A stretch of DNA of 64,000 bases from Octopus vulgaris (lineage: Eukaryota). Numbering within the stretch: position 1 is the stretch's first letter; the number at the start of each line of letters is the position of its first letter. The position numbers and the translations under genes are program-made. Shown piece by piece: positions 25,385 through 40,035 of this stretch. The notes beneath the pieces are model-generated. The model saw only the letters and a list, made by a program, of their open reading frames with translations. It was not told the origin of the DNA and searched no databases. The stretch covers positions 51,398,001-51,462,000 of the forward strand of contig OX597816.1 of NCBI GenBank assembly GCA_951406725.2. Reading direction: 5' to 3'.

Positions 25385-26569
25385 AATAAGTATACATATA
25401 AGCATATGTATATAGGTGTGTTTGTGTATAAGCGAGTGTGTACGTAAGAAAAAACTGTTTTACATGCAAATACACCTTACGTTTTCCAAAGCTGAAGACA
25501 TTTCCCTTCACACTGAGGTAGATTATTGTTAAAACCTAAGGTGTATTTCATAGGAAATCCGTCATAGGAGTCTTTGGAAAGGATATATTAGTAACGGCCG
25601 TATTTCGTATTGAATATGGGGAAAATTGATTTATATCTGAAGCTTATTGGGTGAACATATTCCAACGGTTTGATACTCTAAATAAAGAGTGTCTTCGAAA
25701 CGTGCAGGCAATATTTTCATTTTAAATAGATTGTATCTCAATATGTTTGGATTATTTCCTCATATTCAAGCGTATGTCAGTGCAGTATATGATGCTACAC
25801 AAGGGTATCAATCGATTATATTTTTGATAACATATTAATATTAATGTTAATTAATTAATTGTAAAATATCAAAAATACAAGGTATTAAATATATTAAAAT
25901 TTGGCAGATTAAAACCAAATTTATTGTAATTAACACTTTGATTTCAATTAATTACCTTTAATCATGGAACTTTACAGCAAATTTTGTCAATATTTGTTGA
26001 ATTAATACTGTTGTTATGGAAATAAAATAACTATATGATTCCGTGTTGATTGCTAATCAAGTGAAAATTCCTACAGCAGGAGCTCCGACTTATTTTCGGA
26101 AATAAATTACAGCATAACTATTTTCGTAATAAACACATCCTCATAGAAATTTTACAGCGAGGCACATCACCAACCGATATACCATAAATTAACTGTTGGT
26201 TTTCTTCAGGTGTTGTTACATAATATGGTGTCTGTATGTGCGTATGTATTTATGTATAAACGAAATTTATGTTAGTTAAAATACGTTTGTGGCATAATTT
26301 AACTTCTAAAAGCAAATTCACTTCAGTTTCTGTTAAGGAAATATTGTCTATTATGGTAAAAGGAGTTTCTGGCTCCTTAGCCTGCCGCAGTAGGAGATAC
26401 CAAAGAGAGTCAACCATGGCCAGATTCTAAAGCTATAGCTTTATCTTAGAAAAGTCAACACAAATGACTGATGTACATATGACGATTGAATTTGGGGATT
26501 AATAAGTGTAGTATGCTTTTCATAAAAATGTATTGTCATCTGACGGCGTAGAACTGCAAAATAGCGAGA

Positions 26570-27655
26570 TAATTAATGATGTTTAGATGCATGGATACTA
26601 GTATCTGGGTATTTTAGAGTATGACAAAATCATGGAGAGTGAGACAAAAGAAAACATTAGGCAACAACACCTCAGGAATGGTATACTCAATGGAAAGGAC
26701 AATGAATAAATAGACTGGCTCCTTAATGTGATAAGGTCAGGTGTTAAATTAAGTGAAAACGAGTTTTAAGAAATGGATAGAAAGATCGGGAAAATTATGA
26801 CAAGTAATAAGGAACTGCACTCTAAGAGTGATGTCGATAAATTGTATTTATCTAGAGACGGAGGAAAAGGTCTCAATGGATGCAAGCAAGACCCGTGTTG
26901 TCAATGAGAGAGAAAGTCTGGTACGTGAAAATAAGGTGAGGCTTTGGGTTTTGTCAGAAAGAGAAACACGATACCTGGTGAAAATGTGACACACCCAAAG
27001 GTATTTAAGAAAGAAGACGGAGTGAAAGGGACGAATTAAAAAATGGAAGCGATGCATGGGCAATACATCTTACGAAAATGTAGGGGAAAACAAAACAAAT
27101 AGCCGGAAGTGACTAAGGAGAAGCAAACTGAAGGAATTCAACGAGGCATTGATATACAGCACTCAGGAAGAATCTCTCAGAAATAATAATACCTAGTTCT
27201 AAATTGATAAGAGAATTGCCCCTTTGTAGGGTGACAAAGTCTCAGATATTGTGAGTAAGTGTAGCAAATCAGCTCAAACGAATACAAAAAAAAAGGGGAA
27301 TACATTATACAGTAGCTAGATACGCCCATTGGAGATTGTGTGTAAGAATTACGGTTTTGAAAAGACAACGAAATTGTATAAGGATAAGCCGGAGGGTATC
27401 AAAGAGAATAATGCGTATAAGATCTTGTAGAATTTTACAATCCCGTATGATTCAGTGATTGATGCCCTAAGACGAAATGTTGTTGAAGTAGAGGGGAAAC
27501 AAAGACAATAAATATTCCAATACTTTGTGATGTACCAGAGGGTGATCAAGAAATGGAAAAGACTGAGGATTACAGTTCATCAAAAGACGAGATTGCACGA
27601 ATGCAGGCAATGAAGAAAGTAACTCTGATCCCAAAAGTTGTAGGGGCGCTGCGAG
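26570..27655 (+). mobile_element. Decayed R4/Dong-type (REL) non-LTR retrotransposon fragment
   Basis: 'GY*YLGILEYD', 'EMDRKIGKIMT..LHSKSDVDKLYLSRDGGKGL', 'AYKIL*NFTI', 'VTLIPKVVGAL'. Confidence 0.75.
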
Positions 27656-27669
27656 TATTTACAAACGAT

Positions 27670-28220
27670 GGTCTATAGCAAATATTCTGCTCCGCCGCAA
27701 ATTTGTATGTCAGTTGCTTGACCTCAACCATTAGAGCATGTCCATTAGTGGCTGGCTATATGTGCATTTCTGATCAAGAGGACGATGAGTGGTTGAGCCT
27801 CAATGAGGATAATACTTTGGGGCTTATTTACAATATTTACATTATTTACATTAAATATAGAACTGCAATACTTTGGGGGTTTGAATAATTCAGCTCTGGA
27901 AACATCCTTAAACAACACTTATTCAGGGACGGGACGGGCCACTCAGAATAAAAAACATTTTAACTGGTCCCCACCTACATTGTTTATCATTATATGAGAT
28001 CACCATGTTACGCACATATGGTTGTGATATATGTGCCTGGTATATCCTTATCAGACGAGTAGTCATGATGGGTATATTGCGCTTTGTGTATTTGCAACTC
28101 GCGCCCACACATGGTCGTGATGCATGTGCTTGGTGTACCGGATAGTCATAATGGGTATACTGGGCTTGGTATATTTTACCCCAGTGTCACTTTGATGGCT
28201 TGCATTGCTTTCTATCTCTC

Positions 28221-28222
<2 letters not shown>
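27670..28222 (+). mobile_element. Rearranged, diverged copy of the ~560-bp element, followed by (AAT)n
   Basis: Reverse complement of 38252-38710 with an internal duplication near 28090-28170. Confidence 0.7.
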
Positions 28223-28255
<33 letters not shown>

Positions 28256-28297
28256 TGATGATGACAGCAACAACAGAAACAATAATAATAACAATTA

Positions 28298-28334
<37 letters not shown>

Positions 28335-28400
28335 GGTGGTGGTGGTGGTGGTGGTGGTGGTGGTGGTGGTGGTGGTGGTTGTGGTGGTGGTGGTAGCAGA

Positions 28401-28480
<80 letters not shown>
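28221..28480. repeat. Compound trinucleotide array (AAT/GAT/AGT/GGT/AGC)
   Basis: Seen directly. Confidence 0.95.
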
Positions 28481-29510
28481 GAATATCCAGCTAAAATAGC
28501 TTGGAATAATTGAAATAGATGGAATTAAGCACAATGACATAAAGAAAATGACGAAAAGAGAGTGTGGCAAGTTAGAAAAATACCGGCTTCAAAGCTGAAT
28601 GCCAGAAACATATTTTCGGCAATAAACTCGCGCTCTGTCTCAGTAGTTTGGTATGGCGCTAGAAATCTGAAGTGAACAGAGAAGGAACTAAAGGAGATAG
28701 ACAGGAAGTCAAGAAAACTCCTAACGTTGCATGGAGCTCATCATCTAAATGCAGACACTGATCGCCTATACATGAAGAGAGTAACTGGCGGAAGACGACT
28801 GATAAGTGTGGTAGATTATGTATGTATCGAAGTCGAGAGTTTAATGAGATACCTAGACCAAAGTAAAGAAATCTTGCTAGTGTCACTTAGGAGCATGGAA
28901 AGCAGAGAGAAAAGAAAATGAAAGAAGTGCAAAAGATATGAAGAAACACAAAAAAGGATACGAAGAAGTAGAGAAAGGACATGAAGAAGAATTACGCAAC
29001 AAGGGACTAGGAAGGCAGAAATGCAAAAAGGATTTCAAGAAGTGTAAAAAGGACATAAAGAAAAATTCCGCAACAAGGGACTAGCAAAATCCTCTGGGAT
29101 TTTCCAATCCAAATAGATCAGCTGCTCGAGCATAACAGACCGGAACTGGTGGGAGTCGACAAGATGCACCACATATGCTATACAGTTGTGGTCGCATGAT
29201 TTTTATGAAGGAAGGCGAACATACAACCCTCTTCAGTATAATGGAAAATGAAGAATAGGGAGATAGTGCCAAATAATGTTGGGGCCTTGGGGACAGTATC
29301 TGAAAACATCAAGAGGAATATCAAGGAAATTGGAACAAAGTGCCCGGTAGACATATTAAAAAAGATTTGCCTGTTTGGCACGGCCAGAATAATCAGGAAA
29401 TTATGAGATCGCTGAAAAGAACGTATGGCATTGTGCCGTAAGCTGCAGGTAGCTAACCCGCTGCACATGCAAGACTGTAGGTGTTCCAACAAAACTTATG
29501 ATAAATAGAA
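28481..29510 (+). mobile_element. Decayed R4/Dong-type LINE 3' fragment followed by (GAT)n
   Basis: 'KLNARNIFSAINSRSVSVV', 'IDRKSRKLLTLHGAHHLNADTDRLYMKRVTGGR', 'ILWDFPIQID..HNRPEL', 'VGALG..ICLFGTARIIRK'. Confidence 0.8.
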
Positions 29511-29520
29511 TTGACGATGG

Positions 29521-29551
<31 letters not shown>

Positions 29552-31099
29552 GATGGTGATGATAATGATGATGATGATGATGATGATGATGATCGACCTA
29601 TCGTGCCCGTTTCATTGTAGGATCGTAAAGAGAGAGGAAGAAAAACCCCACCCCCAAAAAATGCACTCCCTTTAAATTTGAAATAGGAGCAATATGGAGC
29701 CTGAGAACAGTAGAGATCGTGATGATGATGATAAAAATATTTAACAATGACAATTCATTTATCATTTTTTTGACGGTGAATTTTCCGTCGGCCTTGACGA
29801 TGAACGTGCATTTATTTCGTAGAACTCAATTCTAGATTGTGCAAATAACGTTTAAATGATTAAGAAAGCCACAAATACATGCACCCTTGATATAAGTTTT
29901 AGGTCGAATGACCACGAAACTCTAAGCCATGCCGGGCGTTGGAATTCCTGTTAGAATCGACATGAAATTGGATAGATATTATCACCCACATATTCTTAAA
30001 GTATGTGGCTGATAATATGTATTACACTAGCACCACATCTATTTCATATTTCATATTCACAGACATACATACACACATGCACACAAACACACATACATAG
30101 AGAAAAAGAGGGATCGAGAGAGACGGCGAAGAGTGAAAAGGTTAGAACATCGATTTATCGATCTCTCTGCTTCGTTTACACATCTTGAATGCATGAAAAG
30201 TAATTTGGGCCTTGAGAAATTTTGCATTTAGAAAGGTGGAAGATATTCTGCGAAGCATAAGATCCTGCTCACTAACGAGGTTTTCGATTCACCAGTATCA
30301 CTATTCAGTAAAGACGTTGCTAACAGCAAATAAACAAACCCAAATAACAACAGATATGAAGCAGAAGTAGTTGAAATTTATAAAGTGTAAATTCGAAATG
30401 AATTAAATTCATTATGCATAATAGAAGAGTTAAGAGATAAAGGAAAGGAATATATTACTGCAAAAATATGTGACATCATGTTCCCAGGAATAATTTTTTT
30501 AAACTGATGTTGTATTTTTTCTACCGAAAACGATTACAAGAAATATGTTGTTATACTGATTTTAATTATAGCACATGCTTACATAATTGTTGGGATAATT
30601 TATACTTTTCTTCAATATTTTTTTAGTCTGTTATAAATTTAAATTGCCAATTATCCGTTTAATCGATCAGAATTGCTTTTAACGTATTTAAAGTGGGAAA
30701 ATCCAGTTTTTCAAAATACAATCTGTTGCCATATAATTTGATGATTTCATGAATGAATTATACCTGCATTCGGATGGGTATATACATACAAGGAATGTAA
30801 AAGTACAATTACACGCAAACATTAACACACCTACATACATATGTCTGCACTCGAACACAAACACACACAAGCAGACTATGAAGCAAACATACAAACAAAC
30901 TTCAAACCACACAGAAGCACACGGACCCACACGAGAACACACAAATAGACACAAATACATCTAAAACACTCCCACACACACACAAACTTACATGCACAAA
31001 ATAGCTGAAATATTCTTCGATGGGGCAATACCTAATCGTGCTTAGCATGCTGTTCGACCTCCAGTGGGGAAGTAATTCAGTGGATAATTAACGTTTTTG

Positions 31100-32275
31100 C
31101 TTTTTTCTTCATGTTAACAAGCCCAAAGTCAAAAGTGTAGCCACCGCAATTGTGGGACTTGCATCAGCTTTATTGAAGACACATTATACAAATTCATATC
31201 AGGACATATTTTTTACCGTAAAAAGTCATATACCCGTCAAGGATGTAATGAAGTTTACATAGGTCAAACAAAGCTTACTCTAATATATAGACTGATCATT
31301 CACCGACAACAAACACGGGATCCCACTGAGTGGTCACAGATATATATATATATATGCAAAAATTAAGTCCCTATAATTCCAGGTCTTCGCACTCTACCTA
31401 CATTCAGTGAATACCACAGATGAAGCGCGGGTAAACAAAGAAAATACGTTCATACAAAAATACAAACCAAGTCTTAACACACTTTAGCAAATTACATACA
31501 CAAATAACTATTCACACACAAAATATGAAGAATCTACACCAATTACAACCTATATTTAGCCACTGGACTACGGACAACCGACACTAGTCGACACTCCCTT
31601 CCGGCAGATTAAATTTAGAATAATTAGATGGTAATTAAAACGTATTCGCTCAACCGTGTCAGCTTTTATTTTAAGCGCAAAATATAGTCACGTGAAAGTA
31701 ACGCACGGACTTCGCTAGGAACATACGAAAGGTTCTTAAGTTAACCGCGTGTTCATTCTCTACACACACTTACCAGAAAAGATTCGGAGCGTCGATTGTC
31801 TGGTGCTGTCACTAGACATGTTCAGTCAGCCGTATCAGCCTTAATTAGCGACGTCAAACATTGCCACTCGATACTTACACACGGAATTAGCGGAGAGCCT
31901 AAACTAATTTCTATGACCTGTCATGTGACTATCCTCTACCAATCAAGTCATATCCAAAACATATACATAATTTGAGCCATGAAGTTCTTATAGAATTACG
32001 ACACGCTTCAACCATTAGTCAGAAGCAAGTCAGTTGCGACATAAGCCATGTCTTTCTATTTCAACATTTTGAAAATCACTGTAAACTGTGAAACTGGTTA
32101 AATCTTTGAATACAATAAAAAATATGTTAACTATTCGCATGCAATTTCAACTTCTATTTCCCTTGTTGTTTAGTGTCCCACTCAAGAAGAATGGATACTA
32201 GATGTGTCGAAACAATTGTCGTGATTAATAATAAATTCTCGTACATTCCATCTTCTGTCTTTCATTTGCTATATA
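31100..32275 (+). mobile_element. Penelope-like element 3' fragment (GIY-YIG, 3' UTR, degenerate HHR near 32175-32225)
   Basis: 'QGCNEVYIGQTKLTLIYRLIIHRQQTRDP' near 31235-31325 and 'NKENTFIQKYKPSLN'; GAAACAATTGTC palindromic stem III near 32208-32220. Confidence 0.75.
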
Positions 32276-32753
32276 TATAAATAAAGATAGTGTGAGAGAC
32301 AGACAGAATGATAGAGAGATCTGGTGTATGTACTGATTTTGCAAGCTTTCACTGTGCTCCAAGTCAAAGAACTTATATGCAACGAAAATACAAATCTCAC
32401 TCAATAATATAACAATCGATCATGACAGGAAACTGTTATATTGTTATGTGTAATGAAATATAATGGACAAATGGCAAGTAATTTTCTGTCGGCACACATC
32501 ATATGTTCTGCAATTTGCAGAATTATATCATATCATCTTGCTTATTTGTGAGTTATAGATATGCCGGTGTATAGATGATTTGCAATAGAAATTTACTACA
32601 AAATACAAATTCACCATCAACGTATAAGTATCTATGCTCCAATGACTTGTAGTCTTATTGACCTCATGTTCAAATGTATTCTTGTCACTCTCCCCACTGT
32701 TCATGCTACTTTGCGTATACGAAATATTATTATTATTATTATTATTGTTGTTG

Positions 32754-32804
<51 letters not shown>

Positions 32805-32806
<2 letters not shown>

Positions 32807-33230
32807 TAGTTTTATTTTTATTTTTATAGCGTGCTTTCACTTCACTACCGAGCGCAGCTCTGTGTCCTTGGTATGTGCTGTGATTTGTTGTGATGCTCTG
32901 ATGGTTATTGTATGGAAAGTGTTCTGCGTAGGATGTGGGCAGTGCCTAGTAGTGCAATTTTCTGTATGTTATATGTGTTTGTAAGTCCTGGTGTTTTTGT
33001 TATGTATTTGTCTGAATATTTTTTTATCATGCCTAATGCACCTACTATGATAGGAATTGTTTCTGTTTTCAGATTCCACATTCTAGTTACCTCTATTTCC
33101 AGGTCTTTGTATTTTGAGAGTTTCTCCATTTCTTTTAGAGACACGTTGTCATCTGCCGGTATTGATACATCAATTAAAAAGCATTTTTTTCTTCATGATC
33201 TCTGACAACTATATCTGGTCTGTTGGCCTT
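32805..33230 (-). mobile_element. R4/Dong-type LINE 3' end (REL domain) between (TAA)n arrays
   Basis: 'ANRPDIVV..CFLIDVSIP', 'EKLSKYKDLEIEVTRMW..PIIVGALG..IQKIALLGTAHILRR'. Confidence 0.9.
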
Positions 33231-33309
33231 TATTATTATTATTATTGTTATTATTATTGTTATTATTATTGTTATTATTATTATTGTTATTATTAGTATT
33301 ATTACTTTT

Positions 33310-34921
33310 TTTTTCTTCTTTCAAATTTGCTTCCGTTTCTTGCCGAGTGTCTTCCCGACTCTTAGGGCAAAGAAACTCATAGTATACATTGGTAGGCCAT
33401 TAAACCAAACTCAATAGTTCGTTCATTTTTTAAAATTTTTTTTTTATTTTTTAAGTTAAATTTAAATACATGAGCAGCAACAATTCTCACATCGACAATG
33501 CCCTTCTCAATACGTGTGATGTACCAGTTAAGACAATCTTTTGAACTTCTTGCAGGGATGGTAAGCCAGGGATCATTCTCATATAATTTTCGGTTCCCTT
33601 CTTGATCATTCCTAGTGCTCCTACGATCACTCGTATTGTAACCGCCTTGAGATGCCACATGTTCTCAATTTCAATGAGTAGGTCTTTATATTTTCTGAGC
33701 TTGTCAAACTCTTTCGCTGAGATATTATGATCACAGGGGATGCTCATGTCCATCAATAAGCAAATTTTATTGTTTTGGTCTTTCACAACAATATCTGGTT
33801 TATTGGCCTTGATGGTTCGGTCTGTATGTACTGGAAATTCCCACAGAATGGTTACATTTTCTCCTTCAGTTACAGCCTCAGGGTGGTGATTATACCACTT
33901 GTCGGCAGTTTTGATATTGTAATGCCGACTTATTAGCCAGTGTAGATATTGGCCAACTCTGTCATGTCTTAATTTATACTCCACTGGTGCTAAGACTTTA
34001 CATCCAGAAATTAGGTGGTCCACTGTTTCAATCATGTCGTTGCAGAATCGGCATTTTGGGTCTGCTCCATTTTTCATCACGTTGGCCTGGTAGTTCCGGG
34101 TTAATAGGCTTTGATCTTGAGCAGCCAGGATGAAACCTTCGCACTCTGCGTTTAGCCCTGAGCTCCGTAGTCACTGATGGGTTTGCTTCTGGTGAACATC
34201 AGCTTGTTTGCTGCGGGCCACATATTTGCCGTGCAAAGGTTTCTCCTCCCACCTATCAGCCAATTGCTCGTGCGCTTTTTTTCGTTGCCATTATTTTCAC
34301 CTTCTTTGCAACAATAGTTGCCGTACTTCCCTCGGGTTGTTCAGTTTTTTGCTTTCCTTTATAATAGAATGAAGCTTATTTCGTCTCTCGTGATTTTCCA
34401 CGAGCTTTAGCATCCAGTCATTCGTTATTTCGAGATATTTGGCCAGTCCAATTGTGGTTGTTTTGTAAGCTAGTTCAAATTGGATCAGGCCTCGACCTCC
34501 TTGGGCTCTGAGAAGGTAAAGGCGATCTACGTCTGCCTTTGGGTGGTGCATCCTATTACAACTCAGCCGCTTGCGTATTTTCTTATCTATATTCTTTAAT
34601 TCACTCATATTCCAGTTCAACACATTGTAGCTATAAGTAACAACTGGAACTGCTAAGGAATTTATAGCTAACACCTTGTTACGTGCATTTAGTTCAGATT
34701 TCAGGACTGCACGAACTCTCCTATAACATTCCTTCCTGATTTTCTCTTTCATGCTTGCATGCTGAATACCAGAGCCTTCATTTATCCCTAAATATTTGTA
34801 TGTTTGTTCTTGCTCAAGCTCTCTTATGACTGTGTCAACATCTAACACGACTGAATTTGTGGTCTTCACTTTCCCTTTCTGGAAAGTGGCCTTGGCACAC
34901 TTCTCAAGTCCAAACTCCAAA
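33310..34921 (-). mobile_element. Young 5'-truncated R4/Dong-type LINE (RT thumb, CCHC knuckle, REL endonuclease) with a few frameshifts and stops
   Basis: ORF 34297-35169 (FGLEKCA..YKYLG..HPKADVDRLYL.RAQGGRGL) and ORF 33487-34080 (CRFC..ETVDHLISGC..RHD..KPDIVV..D..K..KY); flanked by (TAA)n on both sides. Confidence 0.93.
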
Positions 34922-35168
<247 letters not shown>

Positions 35169-35171
35169 TTC

Positions 35172-35412
35172 AGTAATCTTATTTTTGTCACGTGTTGTCT
35201 CTGCACTACTGGGCTCAACTCTGAGTGCCTTGGGGATGTGCTATGGTTTGTTATGTTGCCCTCATTGTTACTGAATTGAAAGTGTTTTATTTAGGATGTG
35301 TGCGGTGCCTAGTAGTGCTACTTTGTGTATGTTATATATATATTTGTTAATCATGGTGCTTTTGCTATGTATTTGTCTGAATATTGTTTTATCATATTTA
35401 AGGCGCCTATGA
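35172..35412 (-). mobile_element. Extreme 3' fragment of an R4/Dong-type LINE
   Basis: Similar to 32805-33050 ('IGALNMIKQYSDKYIAKAP', 'KVALLGTAHIL'). Confidence 0.75.
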
Positions 35413-37140
35413 TCTGAAAACAAACAAAAAATAAGTTAAATTTACTAGAAACAAAAAGATTCGAAAATGATTCAAAAAGAACTCTCGAAAAAATTAGATT
35501 CCAAAACTTATAAACGCAATAAATTCCAAAATTTAAAAAAACCGCGGGAACTTATTTGCCAAATATTTACTTATTTAGAATATTTTAGTTCAGCATGACA
35601 AAAATTCTACTGTCCTGCAGTGGAATGCATACGTTTTTAATGTGCCAGTGACCCTAATAAGTAACACTGGCATGGATTTGTGAAGAAGTACATCTAATAT
35701 TATTAATCTCAGTAATTGAATGGGACTTATTTCATCGACGTATTACTTTCAGAGGGATATGAAAATGTAATGCAAGACAATTATGCTGACGCTCTCACAA
35801 TACTACCAATGCTACACTCCATCTTATGCCATTGTTAATAACAAAGACTAATGCTGATTGCATTATTTAAGCTTAATACAAGGTCATGATATCAAATTAT
35901 ATGGAATATATAATGTTATGGAAGATATTGTAGTTCCGTACAAAATTCTAATACTAGCCTAGAAGCTATTGAAAAGAACTACTACCCATATGTATGTATT
36001 TGTCAAATAGTAAGCAAGTGACTACATATATGTTATTCCTCATATATCATGCTTCCACAGTGAAGTCTGTAACGCACCTTCGTTTTTGTATAAGTTACTC
36101 AAACGAAAATGAATGTAATATTATGAAATTGTTGCACTCCTTTCAATATCTGGCCTGCTTCTTTTCACATGTTGTTGCTTTCTTTGTTCAGCTCACAATT
36201 TGGGATTGTATAGAAACAATCCCATCCCGTGTTTTCTGTCTTCAAATAGGTGCAATATTTTTTTAAGAAAATAGTATATGTTTCAATAGATACTGGAAAA
36301 CTTATAGATCGAGGAACCACGAACATTCATTGCAATTGACTCTTCTTTACACCCGTAGACTCTAGTAAGCTCTAAGACCGGAGAAAGACAGATTGAACTC
36401 GAATGGAGCGTGGCAGCTGAATTTCTTTGCTGAGTGAAAATACGAATGCGCTATCTGAAAATATAAATCTAAACAAACCTCTAGATTCATTCCCATTTTT
36501 TTTCAAAATTCTGAATTACGCAAAATGAAAACGCATATTAGTGAGATACAATGGAATGCAGCATTGTAGAAAAGCGTTAACATGAAAATACTTAGTGAAG
36601 TTACATCATAAATATATCGAATCTTATATAAATGATTACCACTACTTATATAATCCCAATATTTCAAGTCTTCTTTTGAGGGAAGAAAAGCATTTAGATT
36701 ATATGCATAAATATGAAAGAATATTACATTTGATAAATATGCAAGAATATGACATTTAATAAGCTTAAAGCAAAAGCGTTTAATCACAAACGAATTTTAA
36801 TGATATTTGCATTAGTTTTCAAGCGGTTTATTGCTTTAAAATTGTATAATTAGATAATAGTTGAAAAATAATAAATCATAATAAGGCAAGCTCAAATCGT
36901 TAATGAATTTTCAATTACAATGTAACTGATTAAACGAATAAAATTTCTTTGTAATTATATGTCTTAAAAATTTGCAAATGCAAACCTGCAAGCATGTTTG
37001 TAATCAGACTCTATCTATTACTACTAATACTAGAACTAATGCTATTCTTACTCATCATCATCATCATCATCACCAGCAGCATCGTCGTCAGCATCATACG
37101 CATCATTATCATTATATAGAGTAGTATTAGTAGTAGTATT

Positions 37141-37352
37141 CAGGTAGTGAGCTGACAGAATAGTTAGCACGACGGAAAATTGGTCAGCACCATTTCGTCT
37201 GTCCTTACATTCTGAGTTCAAATTCCGCCAAGGTCACTTTGCCAGCCATTCTCTAGGGATCGATGAAATAAGTACCATTTACCCACTGGAGTCGATGTAA
37301 TCGGCTAGTTCCTTCACCGCAAATTTCAGGCAGTGTGCAGTCAGTAGAAAGT
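37141..37352 (+). mobile_element. Diverged Meta-like SINE
   Basis: TTCTGAGTTCAAATTCCGCC and the family core. Another partial copy lies at 57250-57395. Confidence 0.65.
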
Positions 37353-37384
37353 ATTATAATCGTTATTTTTTTTTTTTTTTTAAT

Positions 37385-37900
37385 GAAAATTCACAGCTTA
37401 TTTTGCTGGGTATAATGGAAAGTGTCAGCTGTCCACAGCCAGCAGGCTAAAGTAACACTTGTTTACTGGTCATGCTTCAAGAACCCTGCGAAGAATTCTC
37501 GCAGTTCCAAGCAATGCTAATTTTTGTAAGTGCTCCACTCTCACACTTGCACCAGTCATTTTCAGCCATGTTGGCAGTTGGGTGCTGATACTTCCAACTG
37601 CACCAGTTATTACTGATATCACTTCATTGACGACAACCTTCGTATTTTCCACTTTAAATTGTTGTAGTTGTTTTTTTTCTCTTCTTTTACATTGATCTTG
37701 TCACCTGAGCATCCTATATCGATAATTATACATGTTCTTTCTTTTTATTGACCACAACAATGTCCGGTTTCCTATGTCTGGTCAGGTGATTGCACTGGAT
37801 CATTACATCCCACAAGATTTTGCAGTTCTCATTTCCAGTGACTCATTCTGGGGTTTGTTAATACCACGTTTTTGCCCTATGTAGGCCATGAATCAGTATG
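37385..37900 (-). mobile_element. R4/Dong-type LINE REL fragment with T-rich (poly-A) tail
   Basis: 'NCKILWDVMIQCNHLTRHRKPDIVVV', 'VITGAVG..LQKLALLGTARILRRVLE'. Confidence 0.85.
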
Positions 37901-38177
37901 TTTTGTTATAGGAATTCTTTTGAGTTTCCACTTGTATTAGTTTTTGCATTGTGTGTTGTTTCAGTAGCGCAGGTTGTGATCTGTCGGGTTTTGCTAATAT
38001 TGCGTATTTAGAATATCAGTTTATTCTTGTATTTTTTTGTTTTTGTTTTTGTGGGGTGGTTGCATTGTAGTCTGTGCAAATTATAAATCAACTCTTTCAA
38101 ACTATTTATGATTATCTGCCCACCGTTCTTCCTCCTTTGCTTGTTTTTTTTATGGGTTCCGTTTTTTTAGCATTTAC

Positions 38178-38237
<60 letters not shown>

Positions 38238-38251
38238 ATTATTATTATTAT

Positions 38252-38810
38252 TGAATGAGCGAGCAGAGCATGCCATCGAAGTGACACTGGGGTAAAATAT
38301 ACGAAGCCCAGTATACCCATCATGACTACCCGTCTGATAAGGGTACACCAGGCACATGCATCACAACCATATGTGCGCGACATGGTGATCTCATATCAAG
38401 ATAAACAGCACATGACCTTGCAGGTGGAGCCCAGTTAGAATTTTCTTCAGATCGAGTAACCCATCCCGCTCAAAAGGTCCCTGAATAAGGGTTGTTTAAG
38501 GACGTTGAACGAAACACCCATGTTTCCAGAGGTGAATTATTCAAACCCCAAAGAATCCTTCTCAACACATGGCTATGATGCTCCCCCACTACTTCTGCTC
38601 GTGATCAGAGATGCACATATCGTCAGCCACTAAGGGACATGCACAACTGGTTAAGGTCAAACAGCTGACAAGCAAATATGTGGTATTGAGCAGAATATTT
38701 GCTGTAGCCCATCTTTTATACCAAGACAAAACAATGTACATGATAACACTTCCAATCAGTTAAGATCAGAAGCCATGAGAGCCACTGCCTGGTACTGCAT
38801 CAGGGCATTT
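38252..38810 (-). mobile_element. Best-preserved copy of the ~560-bp non-coding element, inserted within (TAA)n
   Basis: Flanked by (ATT)n at 38179-38251 and 38808-39190; four copies in the window; no convincing ORF or tRNA head. Strand assigned from the (AAT)n tail. Confidence 0.8.
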
Positions 38811-38841
38811 ATTATTATTATCATTATTATTATTATTATTA

Positions 38842-38905
<64 letters not shown>

Positions 38906-39012
38906 CATCATCATCATCATAATCATTATCATCATCATTATTATTATTATCATTATTATTATTATTATTATCATTATCATTGTTATTATTATTATCATTA
39001 TTATTATTATCA

Positions 39013-39058
<46 letters not shown>

Positions 39059-39123
39059 CATCATCATCATCGATATTATTATTATTATTATCATCATCAT
39101 CATTATCATTATTATTATCATCA

Positions 39124-39188
<65 letters not shown>

Positions 39189-39489
39189 TACTTTTAACCT
39201 GCAGAAGATTCGAACTGGCTTTTAACCTGCATGTTTGTTATAACCACTCGCCGAGACACATCCAGCCTCCTAGGGCAAATGAAAGATAAGAGATGTTACA
39301 GTATGACTTGAAGCTTGCGGAAGGCAAGTGGCAGGGTTAGTAGTGAAATATCTTCATGTAATACAACACATACATTTAAACAGTTGGAGTTTTTCTAAGG
39401 ATGTGGGCAGTACTTGTCAGCACAATCTTTTGGACTTTTCTGAGACATGGTTCTCTTGGGATATTATTATTGCTATTGTTATTATTTTT

Positions 39490-40035
39490 ACAGTGTGAGA
39501 GACAAGGGCATGCTATCAAAGTGACACTGGAGTGCAAATATACGAAGCCCAGTAAACGCATCATGATTACCAGTCTGATAAGATGCACCAGGGACATGCA
39601 TCACAACAATGTGTGCGCGACATGGCGATCTCGTATCAAGAAAGACAGCGCATGACCTTGAAGGTGGAGCCCAGTTCGAATCTTCTTCAGGTCGAGCAAC
39701 CCATCCTGCTCAAAACATACTTGAATAAGGGTTGTGTAAGGATGTTGAACGAAACACCCATGTTTCCGGAGGTAAATTATTCTAACCTCAAAGAATTCCT
39801 CTTAACAAAAGGCTATGCGCCCCCACTATTTCTGCTCGTGATCAGAGACACGCATATCATCAGTCACTAAGAAACATGCTCAACTGGTTAAGGTCAAACA
39901 AGTGACAAGCAAATCTGTGTTATTGAGCAGAATATTTGTTGCAGTCCATCTTTTACACCTAGATAAAACAATGTACATGATAGCACTTCCAATCGGTTAA
40001 GATCAAAAGCCATGAGAGTATTACGTCAGGGATAT
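39490..40035 (-). mobile_element. Copy of the ~560-bp element, next to an R4 3' tip (about 39200-39460)
   Basis: Colinear with 38252-38810; neighbour translates 'PCLRKVQKIVLTSTAHILRKT'. Confidence 0.8.

Noticed and set aside
38480-38530. Hammerhead-like CTGAATAAG..GAAACACCCATGTT in the 560-bp element
   Set aside because: The core lacks the 3-8 pair and there is no stem I complementarity.
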